Part shown: positions 17,013 to 25,607 of the stretch, piece after piece
Position numbering within the stretch: position 1 is the stretch's first letter
Layout of the letters: each line of letters opens with the position of its first letter
Assembly: GCA_018303515.1 (NCBI GenBank)
Contig: JAGVXZ010000004.1
Coordinates: 1 to 36,126 of the forward strand
Length of the DNA stretch: 36,126 bases
Direction: 5' to 3'
DNA from: Candidatus Woesearchaeota archaeon
GTDB lineage: Archaea; Nanobdellota; Nanobdellia; SCGC-AAA011-G17; GW2011-AR18
Notes under the pieces: model-generated
What the model was told of the DNA's origin: nothing
Seen by the model: only the letters and a program-made list of their open reading frames with translations
Database searches by the model: none
Position numbers and translations under genes: made by a program

Positions 17013-17708
17013 GTGGGAAAGAGAATAATTTCACAAAGGAGAGGAAGAGGAACTATTAGATATAGGGCTCCAAGTTTTAGATATAAGGGAAAAGTTTCAC
17101 ATATAAAAAGTTCTGGTGTGGTGAAGGATATTATCAATTGTCCGGGACATTCTGCTCCTTTGGCTTTAATTAAATATGAAAGTGGCGAAAATTTTATGGT
17201 GGCATATGAAGGATTATCTGTTGGTGATAAAGTTATGTTAGGGGGGATTGAAGTCAATAAAGGAAATAGTTTGAAGTTAAAAGATATTCCTGATGGAACT
17301 TTAATTTATAATCTTGAAAAAAACCCTGGTGATGGTGGAAAATTTGTTAGAGCTGGTGGTACGTTTGCAAGGGTAATGAATAAGACTGGTATAGGTGAAG
17401 TTGTTGTGAAAATGCCTTCAAAAAAGCTAGTTAAGTTTAAAGAAGAATGTTTAGCGACTATTGGTGTAATTGCTGGTGGTGGAAGAAAAGATAAACCTTT
17501 TATGAAAGCTGGAAAGAAATGGCATTCTAAAAGAGCAAGGGGAAAATTATATCCTGAAGTCTCAGGTGTTGCGATGAATGCAACTGATCATCCATTTGGA
17601 TCTGGAAGGGGAAGACACATGGGTAAACCAAGTATCCCTCCAAGGAATGCTCCTCCTGGAAGAAAAGTTGGGCAAATAAAAGCAAGGAGAACTGGAAGAA
17701 AAAAATAA
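17013..17708 (+). CDS. rpl2: 50S ribosomal protein uL2
   Basis: GTG start. GKRIISQRRGRG, MNATDHPFGSGRGRHMGKP. Confidence 0.95.
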   Translation: MGKRIISQRRGRGTIRYRAPSFRYKGKVSHIKSSGVVKDIINCPGHSAPLALIKYESGENFMVAYEGLSVGDKVMLGGIEVNKGNSLKLKDIPDGTLIYNLEKNPGDGGKFVRAGGTFARVMNKTGIGEVVVKMPSKKLVKFKEECLATIGVIAGGGRKDKPFMKAGKKWHSKRARGKLYPEVSGVAMNATDHPFGSGRGRHMGKPSIPPRNAPPGRKVGQIKARRTGRKK

Positions 17709-17709
17709 A

Positions 17710-18108
17710 ATGGCTAAAAAGAAAGATTTTATGTTTAGGGGAAAAACCTTGCAAGAGGTTCGGGCTTTAGGATTAAATGAGTTTGCTGAACTTGCAAATG
17801 CGAGAATTAGGAGATCAATTAAGAAAGGGTTTACTGAAGCTCAAAAATGCCTTCTTGTGAAAATTAAAAAATTCAAAGATGGAAAAAGGCAAAAGCCGGT
17901 AAAAACTCATTGTAGGGATATGGTTCTTTTACCTGAAATGGTTGGAATGACAATTTATGTTTATAATGGGAAACAATTTGTACCTGTTAAAGTTGAATTT
18001 GATATGTTAGGAGGTTGCTTGGGGGAATATGCACTTTCAAGAGGAAGGGTTCAACACTCTTCTCCTGGAGTTGGTGCAACAAAATCAAGTGCTGCAGCTA
18101 AAAAATGA
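17710..18108 (+). CDS. rps19: 30S ribosomal protein uS19
   Basis: FRGKTLQEV..., TIYVYNGKQFVPVKV..MLGGCLGEYALSR. Confidence 0.93.
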   Translation: MAKKKDFMFRGKTLQEVRALGLNEFAELANARIRRSIKKGFTEAQKCLLVKIKKFKDGKRQKPVKTHCRDMVLLPEMVGMTIYVYNGKQFVPVKVEFDMLGGCLGEYALSRGRVQHSSPGVGATKSSAAAKK

Positions 18109-18587
18109 TAGATAATGACCACATCGCAAAAGTAAAGGGATTTAATTTACCCATTTCAACGAAGTTTACTGTTGAGATCTGTAATTTCATTAGGGGTAAG
18201 GATTTAAAAAAAGCAAAAAATTTGTTGAAAAATGTAACAGAACAAAAAATCCCTGTCCCTTTCAAATTTGCATTAAGGGATTTAGGCCATAAAAAAGGAA
18301 TCGGTCCGGGTAGATACCCTGTAAAAGCTTCAGAGCATATACTGGGTTTGTTAAAAACTGTTGACTCAAATGCTTCTTACAAAGGGTTGAATTCTGATTC
18401 TTTAGTGATTTGTTATGCTTCCGCAACTAAAGGTGTTGCAAGAATGAAACCGGGAAGACAAAGAGGTAGAAAATATAAATTTACTAATGTTGAAATTGTT
18501 GTAAAGGAAAAATCTGGGGATGTTGAAGTGGAAAAGAAAGTTAAAAAAGATTCAAATGTTAAAATTAAAATGGAGAAAAAGAAATGA
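18105..18587 (+). CDS. rpl22: 50S ribosomal protein uL22 with a lysine-rich C-terminal tail
   Basis: ISTKFTVEICNFIRGKDLKKAKNLL...VPF, GPGRYPVKA. The tail ...EKKVKKDSNVKIKMEKKK is encoded by the repeat at 18540-18587. Confidence 0.92.
   Translation: MIDNDHIAKVKGFNLPISTKFTVEICNFIRGKDLKKAKNLLKNVTEQKIPVPFKFALRDLGHKKGIGPGRYPVKASEHILGLLKTVDSNASYKGLNSDSLVICYASATKGVARMKPGRQRGRKYKFTNVEIVVKEKSGDVEVEKKVKKDSNVKIKMEKKK
18540..18587 (+). repeat. 48-nt tail/junction cassette, copy 1 (3' end of uL22, overlaps the uS3 start)
   Basis: GTTAAAAAAGATTCAAATGTTAAAATTAAAATGGAGAAAAAGAAATGA. 46/48 identical to 23818-23865. Confidence 0.9.
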
Positions 18588-19399
18588 TTGAAAGACAAAT
18601 AATTTCTCAAAGAATTAATGAAAAAGTAATTGAAGAATTTGTAATGAAATATTTGGGAACTTTGAGTTGTAGTAGTATTGAAATTCAAAGAACGCCTTTA
18701 GGTGAGAAATTACTTGTGAGAACAGCTAGGCCAGGTATAATTGTAGGAAGAAAAGGTGCAAATATAAAATTACTTACTCAAAAACTTAAAACCGAATTTA
18801 ATTTAGAAAATCCTCAAATTGAGGTGGTTGAAATTGTGAATCCTAATTTAGATGCTGTAACTGTTGCTAAAAGTCTTGTTGCGGGAATGGAAAGATTTGG
18901 TCCCAAAAGGTTTAAGGCGATGGCTTACAAAGCATTAGATAATGTTATGAGAGGTGGGGCAAAGGGAGTTGAGATCGTTATTTCAGGTAGGGGAATTCCT
19001 GGTGTAAGGGCGAAGACTTGGAGATTTTTAGCAGGTTATTTAAAGAAGTCTGGTGATATCTCTGCCAATTTTGTTGAGAAAGCAGTTGAAGCTTCAAATT
19101 TAAAATCTGGGACTATTGGTGTTAAGGTTAGTATTTTACCTGCTCATGTAAAATTACCTGATGAGGTTATAATTCCTGAATTAGATTTAGACTCCAAGAT
19201 AAGTAATCTTGTTGAGGTTGTAAAAGAAAAAGAAATACTTAAAGAAGAGGAAAAACTTTCACCAAATGTGAAGGAAGAATCAGAAGTTAAAAGTGAAGAA
19301 ACTAAAGTTGTAAAGGTGAAGAAGGAAGCTAAGAAGAAGGTTAAAACAGATTCAAAGGAGAAAGAAGAAGGAATTAAAAATGGTCAAGATCAAGAATAA
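18584..19399 (+). CDS. rps3: 30S ribosomal protein uS3 with a K/E-rich C-terminal extension
   Basis: KH domain (GIIVGRKGANIK), S3-C domain (GAKGVEIVISGR). About 55 aa of extra K/E-rich tail contains KKVKTDSKEK. Confidence 0.93.
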   Translation: MIERQIISQRINEKVIEEFVMKYLGTLSCSSIEIQRTPLGEKLLVRTARPGIIVGRKGANIKLLTQKLKTEFNLENPQIEVVEIVNPNLDAVTVAKSLVAGMERFGPKRFKAMAYKALDNVMRGGAKGVEIVISGRGIPGVRAKTWRFLAGYLKKSGDISANFVEKAVEASNLKSGTIGVKVSILPAHVKLPDEVIIPELDLDSKISNLVEVVKEKEILKEEEKLSPNVKEESEVKSEETKVVKVKKEAKKKVKTDSKEKEEGIKNGQDQE

Positions 19400-19592
19400 A
19401 GAAATGAAGCAGTTATCTAAGCAGGATTTGGAAAACAAATTATTGGAATTAAGAAAAGAATTCTTTTCTTTACGGGGCCAAACTTCAAGTGGTGCACCAA
19501 TTAAGAGTCCAGGTTTAATTAAGACAACAAGGAGAAACATTGCGAGAATTCACACTTTTTTGAAACTTAAAAAGGAGGAAACAAATAAATGA
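19380..19592 (+). CDS. rpl29: 50S ribosomal protein uL29 (may start at ATG 19404)
   Basis: LSKQDLENKLLELRKEFFSLRGQ. The track start overlaps uS3 by 20 nt. In-frame ATG 19404 follows the uS3 stop. Confidence 0.88.
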   Translation: MVKIKNKEMKQLSKQDLENKLLELRKEFFSLRGQTSSGAPIKSPGLIKTTRRNIARIHTFLKLKKEETNK

Positions 19593-19924
19593 GTGATATA
19601 TGCCCGGTATGTACATTACCAATTGACTTGTGTGTTTGTGAATCAATTGCAAAAGAAGATCAAAGGGTTTCCTTGTTTCTTACTAAGAGGAGGTTTGGGA
19701 AACTTGCTACTATGGTGGAAGGTATTGAGGGAAAAAATATTGATATGAAAGCTGTGGCAAAAAACTTAAAGTCTTCATTGGCTTGTGGAGGAACATACAA
19801 AAAGGGAGTGATTGAGCTCCAGGGTAATCATCTTGAAAAGGTGAGGAAACTCCTAATAGAATATGGGTTCAATGAAGGGTCTATAACGGTGAATTCAAAT
19901 TTACCTGGAAAAAATAGAAAATGA
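19589..19924 (+). CDS. sui1: translation initiation factor aIF1 (SUI1)
   Basis: N-terminal CPVCTLPIDLCVC knuckle, ACGGTYKKGVIELQGNHLEKVRKLL. Confidence 0.9.
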   Translation: MSDICPVCTLPIDLCVCESIAKEDQRVSLFLTKRRFGKLATMVEGIEGKNIDMKAVAKNLKSSLACGGTYKKGVIELQGNHLEKVRKLLIEYGFNEGSITVNSNLPGKNRK

Positions 19925-20184
19925 AGAAAGTTGATGGATATAGTTTAAGGGGAAGAGAATTTGTTGGTGTTGTGATAAAAGATAGTGGGAACAAGACTGT
20001 TACAATTGAATTTCCAAGATTAATTTATTTGCCTAAATATGAGAGGTATGAAAAAAGAAAATCCAGGATTAAAGTTCATGTTCCAAGTGGAAAAAAACTT
20101 AATTTAGGTGATAAAATAAGGGTAGTTGAAACAAGACCAATAAGTAAAACTAAAAATTTTATCTTAGTTGAGGTAATAAAATGA
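19921..20184 (+). CDS. rps17: 30S ribosomal protein uS17
   Basis: GVVIKDSGNKTVTIE...KYERYEKRKSRIKVH...GDKIRVVETRPISKTK. Confidence 0.9.
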   Translation: MKKVDGYSLRGREFVGVVIKDSGNKTVTIEFPRLIYLPKYERYEKRKSRIKVHVPSGKKLNLGDKIRVVETRPISKTKNFILVEVIK

Positions 20185-20582
20185 AACCAGTAAAGGCTAG
20201 AATTACAAAGGGATTGCAGAAAGGTTCTCTTATTGAGACTTGCGATAATTCAGGTGCTAAAATTATTAGGGTAATTTCATTTAAAGGTGCAAAAACTGTA
20301 AAGGGTAGAAATCTTAGTGGTGGTGTTGCTTCTTTAATTACTTGTTCAGTTGTTAAAGGGACAAAAGATATGAGAAAAAAGGTTGTTCAAGCAATCATTG
20401 TAAGACAAAAGAAAGAGTATAGAAGATTAGATGGTACAAGAATAAAGTTTGAGGATAATGCGGTTGTAGTTGTTAAAGATAAAAAAGGCAATCCAAAGGG
20501 AACATTAGTAAAGGGACCGGTTGCTAAAGAAGTTGCAGAAAGGTGGAATGCTGTCTCTAAAATTGCGGGAATTGTAGTATGA
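20181..20582 (+). CDS. rpl14: 50S ribosomal protein uL14
   Basis: TCDNSGAK, IKFEDNAVVVV, GPVAKE. Confidence 0.94.
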   Translation: MKPVKARITKGLQKGSLIETCDNSGAKIIRVISFKGAKTVKGRNLSGGVASLITCSVVKGTKDMRKKVVQAIIVRQKKEYRRLDGTRIKFEDNAVVVVKDKKGNPKGTLVKGPVAKEVAERWNAVSKIAGIVV

Positions 20583-20959
20583 AAAAGAAATTTAGTTTAA
20601 ATTGGATTGGGAGTAAACAACCTAGAAAACAAAGGAAATATGTAAAGAATGCTCCTTTGAATATACTTAAAAATTTTATTCGTGCAAATTTATCAAAAGA
20701 GCTTAGACAAAAATTAGGTAAAAGAAATGTGGGAGTAAGAAAGGGGGATGCTGTAAAAATTGTGCGCGGCCAATTTAAAGGAACTCTTGGGAAAATTGAG
20801 AAAGTTTGGTTGAAAAGGAGTAAAGTTTATGTTGATACTGTAACTCTCCCAAAAAGGGATGGTTCAAAAAGATTTTATCCTTTAAGCACTTCAAATTTAC
20901 AAGTTACAGAATTAGTGTTAGAAGATAAGAAAAGAAAGAAGGTATTGGAGAGAAAATAG
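20579..20959 (+). CDS. rpl24: 50S ribosomal protein uL24
   Basis: KOW motif VRKGDAVKIVRGQFKGTLGKIEKV. Confidence 0.9.
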   Translation: MKKKFSLNWIGSKQPRKQRKYVKNAPLNILKNFIRANLSKELRQKLGKRNVGVRKGDAVKIVRGQFKGTLGKIEKVWLKRSKVYVDTVTLPKRDGSKRFYPLSTSNLQVTELVLEDKKRKKVLERK

Positions 20960-20960
20960 A

Positions 20961-21653
20961 ATGGTAAAAAATCATTTAACGAGATTAACTGCACCAAAAT
21001 CATGGACATTAAAGAGAAAGTTAACTAAATGGATTGCTAAACCAAGTTCCGGTCCTCATAAGATTGTGAATAGTGTTACTGTAGACTTATTGTTAAAAAC
21101 TCTTCTTAGTTATACAAAGACTACAAAAGAAGTTAAACAGATATTACATAATAAAGATTTTGTAGTTAATGGAAAGGTGATAAGAGATCATAAGTTCCCT
21201 GTTGGGGTAATGGATATAATTGAGTTGCCTAAACTTAAGGAAATCTATCAAGTACTTTTTGATGTAAAAGGAAAGTTATCTCTTTATCCAATTAAAAGTT
21301 CTAGTTCCAAATTGTGTAAAGTAATAGGTTTGACAATTTTAAAAAAGAAAAAGATGCAAGTAAATCTTCATGATGGTAAAAATGTTTTACTTGATAAATT
21401 TGATGGTAAGGTTGGTGATACAGTGATTTTTAATTTTAAATCCAAACAAATTGAGAAAGTTTTGAAATTAGAAAAAGATGCACTGATTTATTTGATTTAT
21501 GGAAAACATACTGGGACATTTGGAAGTGTGAAAGAAATTATACCTGTTAAGGGTTTTGAAAAACAGAGATTAGTTTATATCATAGATGGTGTGGATACTG
21601 AAACTTTGAAAGACTATGTGTTTGTTGTTGATAAGGGACTAATTGCAATATGA
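20961..21653 (+). CDS. rps4e: 30S ribosomal protein eS4
   Basis: HLTRLTAPKSW...KW..KPSSGPH, S4 and KOW segments, 230 aa. Confidence 0.92.
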   Translation: MVKNHLTRLTAPKSWTLKRKLTKWIAKPSSGPHKIVNSVTVDLLLKTLLSYTKTTKEVKQILHNKDFVVNGKVIRDHKFPVGVMDIIELPKLKEIYQVLFDVKGKLSLYPIKSSSSKLCKVIGLTILKKKKMQVNLHDGKNVLLDKFDGKVGDTVIFNFKSKQIEKVLKLEKDALIYLIYGKHTGTFGSVKEIIPVKGFEKQRLVYIIDGVDTETLKDYVFVVDKGLIAI

Positions 21654-22171
21654 ATAAGATGAGAGAAATTAGGATAGAGAAATTAACTTTAAATATTGGG
21701 GTTGGTGAGCCCGGAGAAAAACTAGATAAGGCTATGAAATTGTTAACCATAATCACTGGTGCTAAACCTGTTAAGACAAGATCTATGAAGAGAATTCCTA
21801 CTTGGGGTGTAAGACCTAAATTAGATATTGCTTGTAAAGTTACTTTAAGGGGTGAAGTTGCTGAAGAAGTCTTGAAAAAATTACTTGTGGCAGTTGATAA
21901 TATTATTCCCGAAACTAAATTTGATGATTCCGGAAATTTTAGTTTTGGTATTGCAGAATATTTAGATATACCTGGAATAGAATATAATGTTGAAATCGGA
22001 ATTATAGGGCTTGAAGCAGCTGTTACATTATCCCGGCCAGGTTTTAGGGTGAAAAGGAGAAATATAAGGCCCACTAAAATCCCAAAATCACATAAAATTA
22101 AAAGAGAAGAGGCAATGAAATTTATGGGTGAGAAATACGGTGTGAAATTTGAGGAGGACGAGGAAGAATGA
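21650..22171 (+). CDS. rpl5: 50S ribosomal protein uL5
   Basis: [28 protein letters not shown]. Confidence 0.93.
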   Translation: MNKMREIRIEKLTLNIGVGEPGEKLDKAMKLLTIITGAKPVKTRSMKRIPTWGVRPKLDIACKVTLRGEVAEEVLKKLLVAVDNIIPETKFDDSGNFSFGIAEYLDIPGIEYNVEIGIIGLEAAVTLSRPGFRVKRRNIRPTKIPKSHKIKREEAMKFMGEKYGVKFEEDEEE

Positions 22172-22398
22172 CTACAAGTGATTTTAAAAAAATGTTTAAA
22201 CAATTAGGGAATAAGCCAGTAATTAAAGAGAGATATATAAAGAATAATTCTCCTAAAGTAAGAACTTGTGGGATTTTTTTAAGAAGATGTAGGAGATGTA
22301 CTCGTACAGGCGCTCATATAAGGAGTTATAAACTTGGATATTGTAGGCAATGTTTTAGAGAACTTGCCAAATCTTTAGGTTTTAAAAGATATAGTTGA
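22168..22398 (+). CDS. rps14: 30S ribosomal protein uS14 (zinc type), about 20 aa N-terminal extension
   Basis: [36 protein letters not shown]. Confidence 0.88.
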   Translation: MTTSDFKKMFKQLGNKPVIKERYIKNNSPKVRTCGIFLRRCRRCTRTGAHIRSYKLGYCRQCFRELAKSLGFKRYS

Positions 22399-22413
22399 GG
22401 TTAAGAAGAAAAA

Positions 22414-22803
22414 ATGTTAAATGATCCATTAGCAAATGTAATGTCTCATATTCTTAATTGTGAGAAGAAGGGAAAAAATGAATGTTTGGTTAAGCCAGAT
22501 TCAAAATTAGTTAGGCAGATATTAACTCTTTTGAAAACTACTGAATACATTAAGAATTTTGAGGTATTGGAGGAAAGAAGAGGTGGTTTAATTAAAGTAG
22601 AACTTAGTGGAAGTATAAATGGTTGTGGGGTTGTGAAACCAAGATTTTCTGTAAAAAGAAATGGATATGAAAAATATGAGAAAAGATTTTTACCTGCTGC
22701 GAATTTTGGGTTTTTGGTAGTATCAACTTCAAGAGGGGTAGTTGTTCATAAAGAAGCAATTAAAAATAATCTTGGAGGTAAGTTGTTGGCTTATTGTTAT
22801 TAG
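22414..22803 (+). CDS. rps8: 30S ribosomal protein uS8
   Basis: MLNDPLANVMSHILNCEKKGK..., FLVVSTSRGVVVHKEA..NLGGKLLAYCY. Confidence 0.93.
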   Translation: MLNDPLANVMSHILNCEKKGKNECLVKPDSKLVRQILTLLKTTEYIKNFEVLEERRGGLIKVELSGSINGCGVVKPRFSVKRNGYEKYEKRFLPAANFGFLVVSTSRGVVVHKEAIKNNLGGKLLAYCY

Positions 22804-22804
22804 A

Positions 22805-23344
22805 ATGGTAGATTTAAAAATTCCTGATGGTGTGAGTGTTGAATTTGATCTTGATACTGTAAAGATTAGTGGTCCAAAAGGTGGTGCATCAAAGAGATTT
22901 TTTCATCCAAGGTTAAAGTTCGAAGTGAAAGATGGAAGTTTTGTAATTAATAGTAAGACCAAAAAAATGTTAAAGAAAGATAAAATGTTTATTAATACTT
23001 TTGTTGCGCATATTAAGAATTTGTTTAAAGGAGTAATAGATGGTTATGAATATAGACTCAAGATATGTTCAGGACATTTTCCAATGACTGTCTCTGTTGT
23101 AGGAAATGAAGTTTTAATTAAGAATTATCTTGGTGAAAAAATTCCCAGAAAGGCTAAAATTATGGAAGGTTCTAAGGTGGAGATAAACGGGGATGAGATT
23201 ATTGTTAAGGGATTAAATAAAGAGATTGTTGGACAATCTGCTGCGAGAATTGAGCAAGCAACAAGAATAACAAATAGGGATAGGCGGATTTTCCAGGATG
23301 GATGTTTTATTACAGTTAAGGCTGGGAAGGCAATGGCAAAATGA
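22805..23344 (+). CDS. rpl6: 50S ribosomal protein uL6
   Basis: MVDLKIPDGVSVEFDLDTVKISGPKG... ATG 22805 follows the uS8 stop. The track's 22742 start overlaps uS8. Confidence 0.92.
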   Translation: MVDLKIPDGVSVEFDLDTVKISGPKGGASKRFFHPRLKFEVKDGSFVINSKTKKMLKKDKMFINTFVAHIKNLFKGVIDGYEYRLKICSGHFPMTVSVVGNEVLIKNYLGEKIPRKAKIMEGSKVEINGDEIIVKGLNKEIVGQSAARIEQATRITNRDRRIFQDGCFITVKAGKAMAK

Positions 23345-23865
23345 ATCCGAAGAAAAAACCTCTGTTTAATAGAACAGATGCAAATAAAGGAAAAAAGTTT
23401 GGGAGCAGGTGGAATAAACCTAGAGGCCTTCAAAATAAATTAAGAATGAAGATTAAAAGTCATGGGAGTAGACCTTCTCCTGGTTATGGTGCACCTAAAA
23501 ACTTAAAAAATTTAGTGAAAAATGAAATGAAATTAGTTAGGGTTTTTGGAGTTGAACAATTAAGTGGTGTTAATGTTAAGTCTGAAATTATTATTCTTGA
23601 TGGAAGAATAGGTACTAAAAAGAAGATTGATCTTTTGGAAAGAATTTGTAAGTTGAATGTTTCTATTTATAATGTTAAAGATGTTAAATCATATTTAGAC
23701 TCTCTTAAAAATAAATTTGAAGAAAAGAAGAAAAAAAAGATTAGCTTATCAAAGGCAAAGATGAAAAAATCTGTGGTGAAGAAAGATAAAACTGAAGAAA
23801 AAAAAGTAATGAGTGAAGTTAAAAAAGATTCAAATGTTGAAACTAAAATGGAGAAAAAGAAATGA
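23341..23865 (+). CDS. rpl32e: 50S ribosomal protein eL32 with a lysine-rich C-terminal tail
   Basis: SRWNKPRGLQNKLRMK...GYGAPK...IGTKKKIDLLERICKLNVSIYN. An extra tail of about 55 aa ends ...EVKKDSNVETKMEKKK. Confidence 0.9.
   Translation: MNPKKKPLFNRTDANKGKKFGSRWNKPRGLQNKLRMKIKSHGSRPSPGYGAPKNLKNLVKNEMKLVRVFGVEQLSGVNVKSEIIILDGRIGTKKKIDLLERICKLNVSIYNVKDVKSYLDSLKNKFEEKKKKKISLSKAKMKKSVVKKDKTEEKKVMSEVKKDSNVETKMEKKK
23818..23865 (+). repeat. 48-nt tail/junction cassette, copy 2 (3' end of eL32, overlaps the eL19 start)
   Basis: GTTAAAAAAGATTCAAATGTTGAAACTAAAATGGAGAAAAAGAAATGA. Differs from copy 1 at 2 positions. Confidence 0.9.
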
Positions 23866-24323
23866 ATCTGAAAACTCAAAAAAGAATGTCCGCGTCTATT
23901 TTAAAAGTTGGAGAAGGGAAAGTTTGGTTTGATCCTGAGAGAAATGAAGATATAAAGAAGGCTATTACTAAAAATGATGTTAGAGATTTAATTAAGCAAG
24001 GTGCTATTGTGGCAAAGCCAATTGTAGGTGTTTCAAGAGCGAGGGCAAGAAAGGATGCTGAACAAAAAAGAAAAGGAAGAGGAGCAGGCCCTGGTTCAAG
24101 AAAAGGTAAAAAAACAGCAAGACTGCCTCGTAAAAAAGAGTGGATGTTAAAAATAAGAACTCAAAGAAGATTATTAGATTTGTTAAAGTCTACTGGAAGA
24201 ATTACTTCACATATTTATGGTGAGTTAAGGAAAAAAGCGAAAGGTGGTTTTTTTAGATCAAGAAGGCACATTAAAATGTATGTGGAAGATAGGGGGTTAA
24301 TAATTAAGGATGGCAAAAAATAA
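23862..24323 (+). CDS. rpl19e: 50S ribosomal protein eL19
   Basis: LKTQKRMSASILKVGEGKVWFDP, GRGAGPGSRKGKK. Confidence 0.93.
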   Translation: MNLKTQKRMSASILKVGEGKVWFDPERNEDIKKAITKNDVRDLIKQGAIVAKPIVGVSRARARKDAEQKRKGRGAGPGSRKGKKTARLPRKKEWMLKIRTQRRLLDLLKSTGRITSHIYGELRKKAKGGFFRSRRHIKMYVEDRGLIIKDGKK

Positions 24324-24897
24324 GAAATATACCGTAAAGTATAGAAGAAGAAGAGAAGGTAAAACCGATTATAAACTAAGGCTAGGCTTAATTAAATCAG
24401 GAAAGATTAGGGTTGTTGTGAGGAAGGGAATTAATAATCTTTTAGTTCAATTTGTAGAATATATCCCAAATGGTGATAAAGTTTTGGTTGGTGCTTATAC
24501 AATGGAATTGAGTAGGGATTATGGTTGGAAAGCTCACCGTGGAAATACTAGTGCTTCTTATCTGGTTGGATTTTTAGCTGGATTGAAAGCTAAGAAATGT
24601 AAAATCTCAGATGTAGTTGTAGATTTTGGAGTCTATTCAATTGTTAAAGGTTCAGCTCTATTTGCAGTTATTAAAGGATTGATTGATGCTGGATTAAATA
24701 TTAATTGTGATGAATCAATGTTTCCAACTAATGAAAGAATTACTGGAAAGGCTACTATTGATAATATTTCCAAACTTGATAAACAAAAGCTTGATAAATT
24801 GTATGGCGTTTACAAAAAAAATGGGTTGAATGTTTCAGATTTAGTGAAACATTTTGAAGAAGTTAAAAATAAAATTAATACAAAATGGCAGCAATAA
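24310..24897 (+). CDS. rpl18: 50S ribosomal protein uL18
   Basis: YRRRREGKTDYKLRLGLIKSGKIRVVVRK..NNLLVQ. Confidence 0.92.
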   Translation: MAKNKKYTVKYRRRREGKTDYKLRLGLIKSGKIRVVVRKGINNLLVQFVEYIPNGDKVLVGAYTMELSRDYGWKAHRGNTSASYLVGFLAGLKAKKCKISDVVVDFGVYSIVKGSALFAVIKGLIDAGLNINCDESMFPTNERITGKATIDNISKLDKQKLDKLYGVYKKNGLNVSDLVKHFEEVKNKINTKWQQ

Positions 24898-25607
24898 AAG
24901 TAAGTATAAGGAATAATAGAGAAGAGATTTTAGATAAATGGGTTCCTAAGACTCAACTTGGAAAAGAAGTAAAGTCAGGGAAAGTAACTTCTATTTCTGA
25001 AATAATTAAACGTGGTGGAAGAATTCTTGAACCAGAAATAATAGATGCTTTATTACCTAATTTGGAGGTAGATTTACTTGAGGTAGGACAATCAAAAGGT
25101 AAATTTGGTGGTGGAAAATCTTCAATTTGGAGGCAAACTCAAAAAGTAACAAGAGAGGGAAATAGAATGACTTTTTCCACTTGTGCTGTTATAGGAAACA
25201 AAGATGGTTATGTTGGAATAGGTTATGGTTCTGCAAAAGAAACTGTGCCTGCGAGGGAGAAAGCAATAAGAAATGCTAAATTAAATCTTATTATGATTGT
25301 TAGGGGTTCAGGTTCGTGGGAAGATGTTACTGATGAGCCACATAGTATTCCTTTTCTAACAGAGGGTAAGTGTGGTTCTTCAAGAATAAGGCTTATGCCT
25401 GCACCTAGGGGAACCGGGTTAACTTGCCAAAAGCAATGTAAAAAAATTTTGGAAATGGCAGGGATTAAAGATGTTTATTCCAAAACCTTTGGGCAAACAA
25501 CAAAACTTAATCTTGTAAAAGCTTGTGTTGATGCTTTAAAAAATTTATCTAATATGAAATTAGCAAAAGGCATAAATGTTGTTGAAGGGAGTGTATCTGA
25601 AAAATGA
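24885..25607 (+). CDS. rps5: 30S ribosomal protein uS5
   Basis: dsRBD plus S5-C: VIGNKDGYVGIGYGSAKE...AIRNAK, APRGTGL. Confidence 0.93.
   Translation: MAAIKVSIRNNREEILDKWVPKTQLGKEVKSGKVTSISEIIKRGGRILEPEIIDALLPNLEVDLLEVGQSKGKFGGGKSSIWRQTQKVTREGNRMTFSTCAVIGNKDGYVGIGYGSAKETVPAREKAIRNAKLNLIMIVRGSGSWEDVTDEPHSIPFLTEGKCGSSRIRLMPAPRGTGLTCQKQCKKILEMAGIKDVYSKTFGQTTKLNLVKACVDALKNLSNMKLAKGINVVEGSVSEK

Noticed and set aside
21580-22203. 207-aa minus-strand ORF. Similar antisense or overlapping ORFs in the track are 1016-1243, 2404-2814, 3107-3352, 5343-5594, 6982-7167, 7422-7676, 8001-8186, 8617-8832, 11970-12257, 12345-12557, 15557-15754, 16877-17257, 17527-17754, 18413-18688, 19352-19540, 23125-23433, 23667-23879, 26413-26673, 27247-27513, 29142-29414, 29469-29687, 30496-30771, 31530-31877, 31905-32339, 32804-33160 and 34192-34539.
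   Set aside because: All lie antisense to, or out of frame within, confidently identified conserved genes. Their translations are low-complexity (S/F/L/I-rich), as expected for the reverse strand of AT-rich, Lys/Glu-rich coding sequence. None has its own promoter or RBS signal.
22168-22230. The N-terminal extension of about 20 aa on uS14 as a possible fused extra peptide.
   Set aside because: The internal ATG (MFKQLGNKP...) could equally be the start. The length variation is within what is seen for archaeal uS14, so it is not distinctive enough to report.
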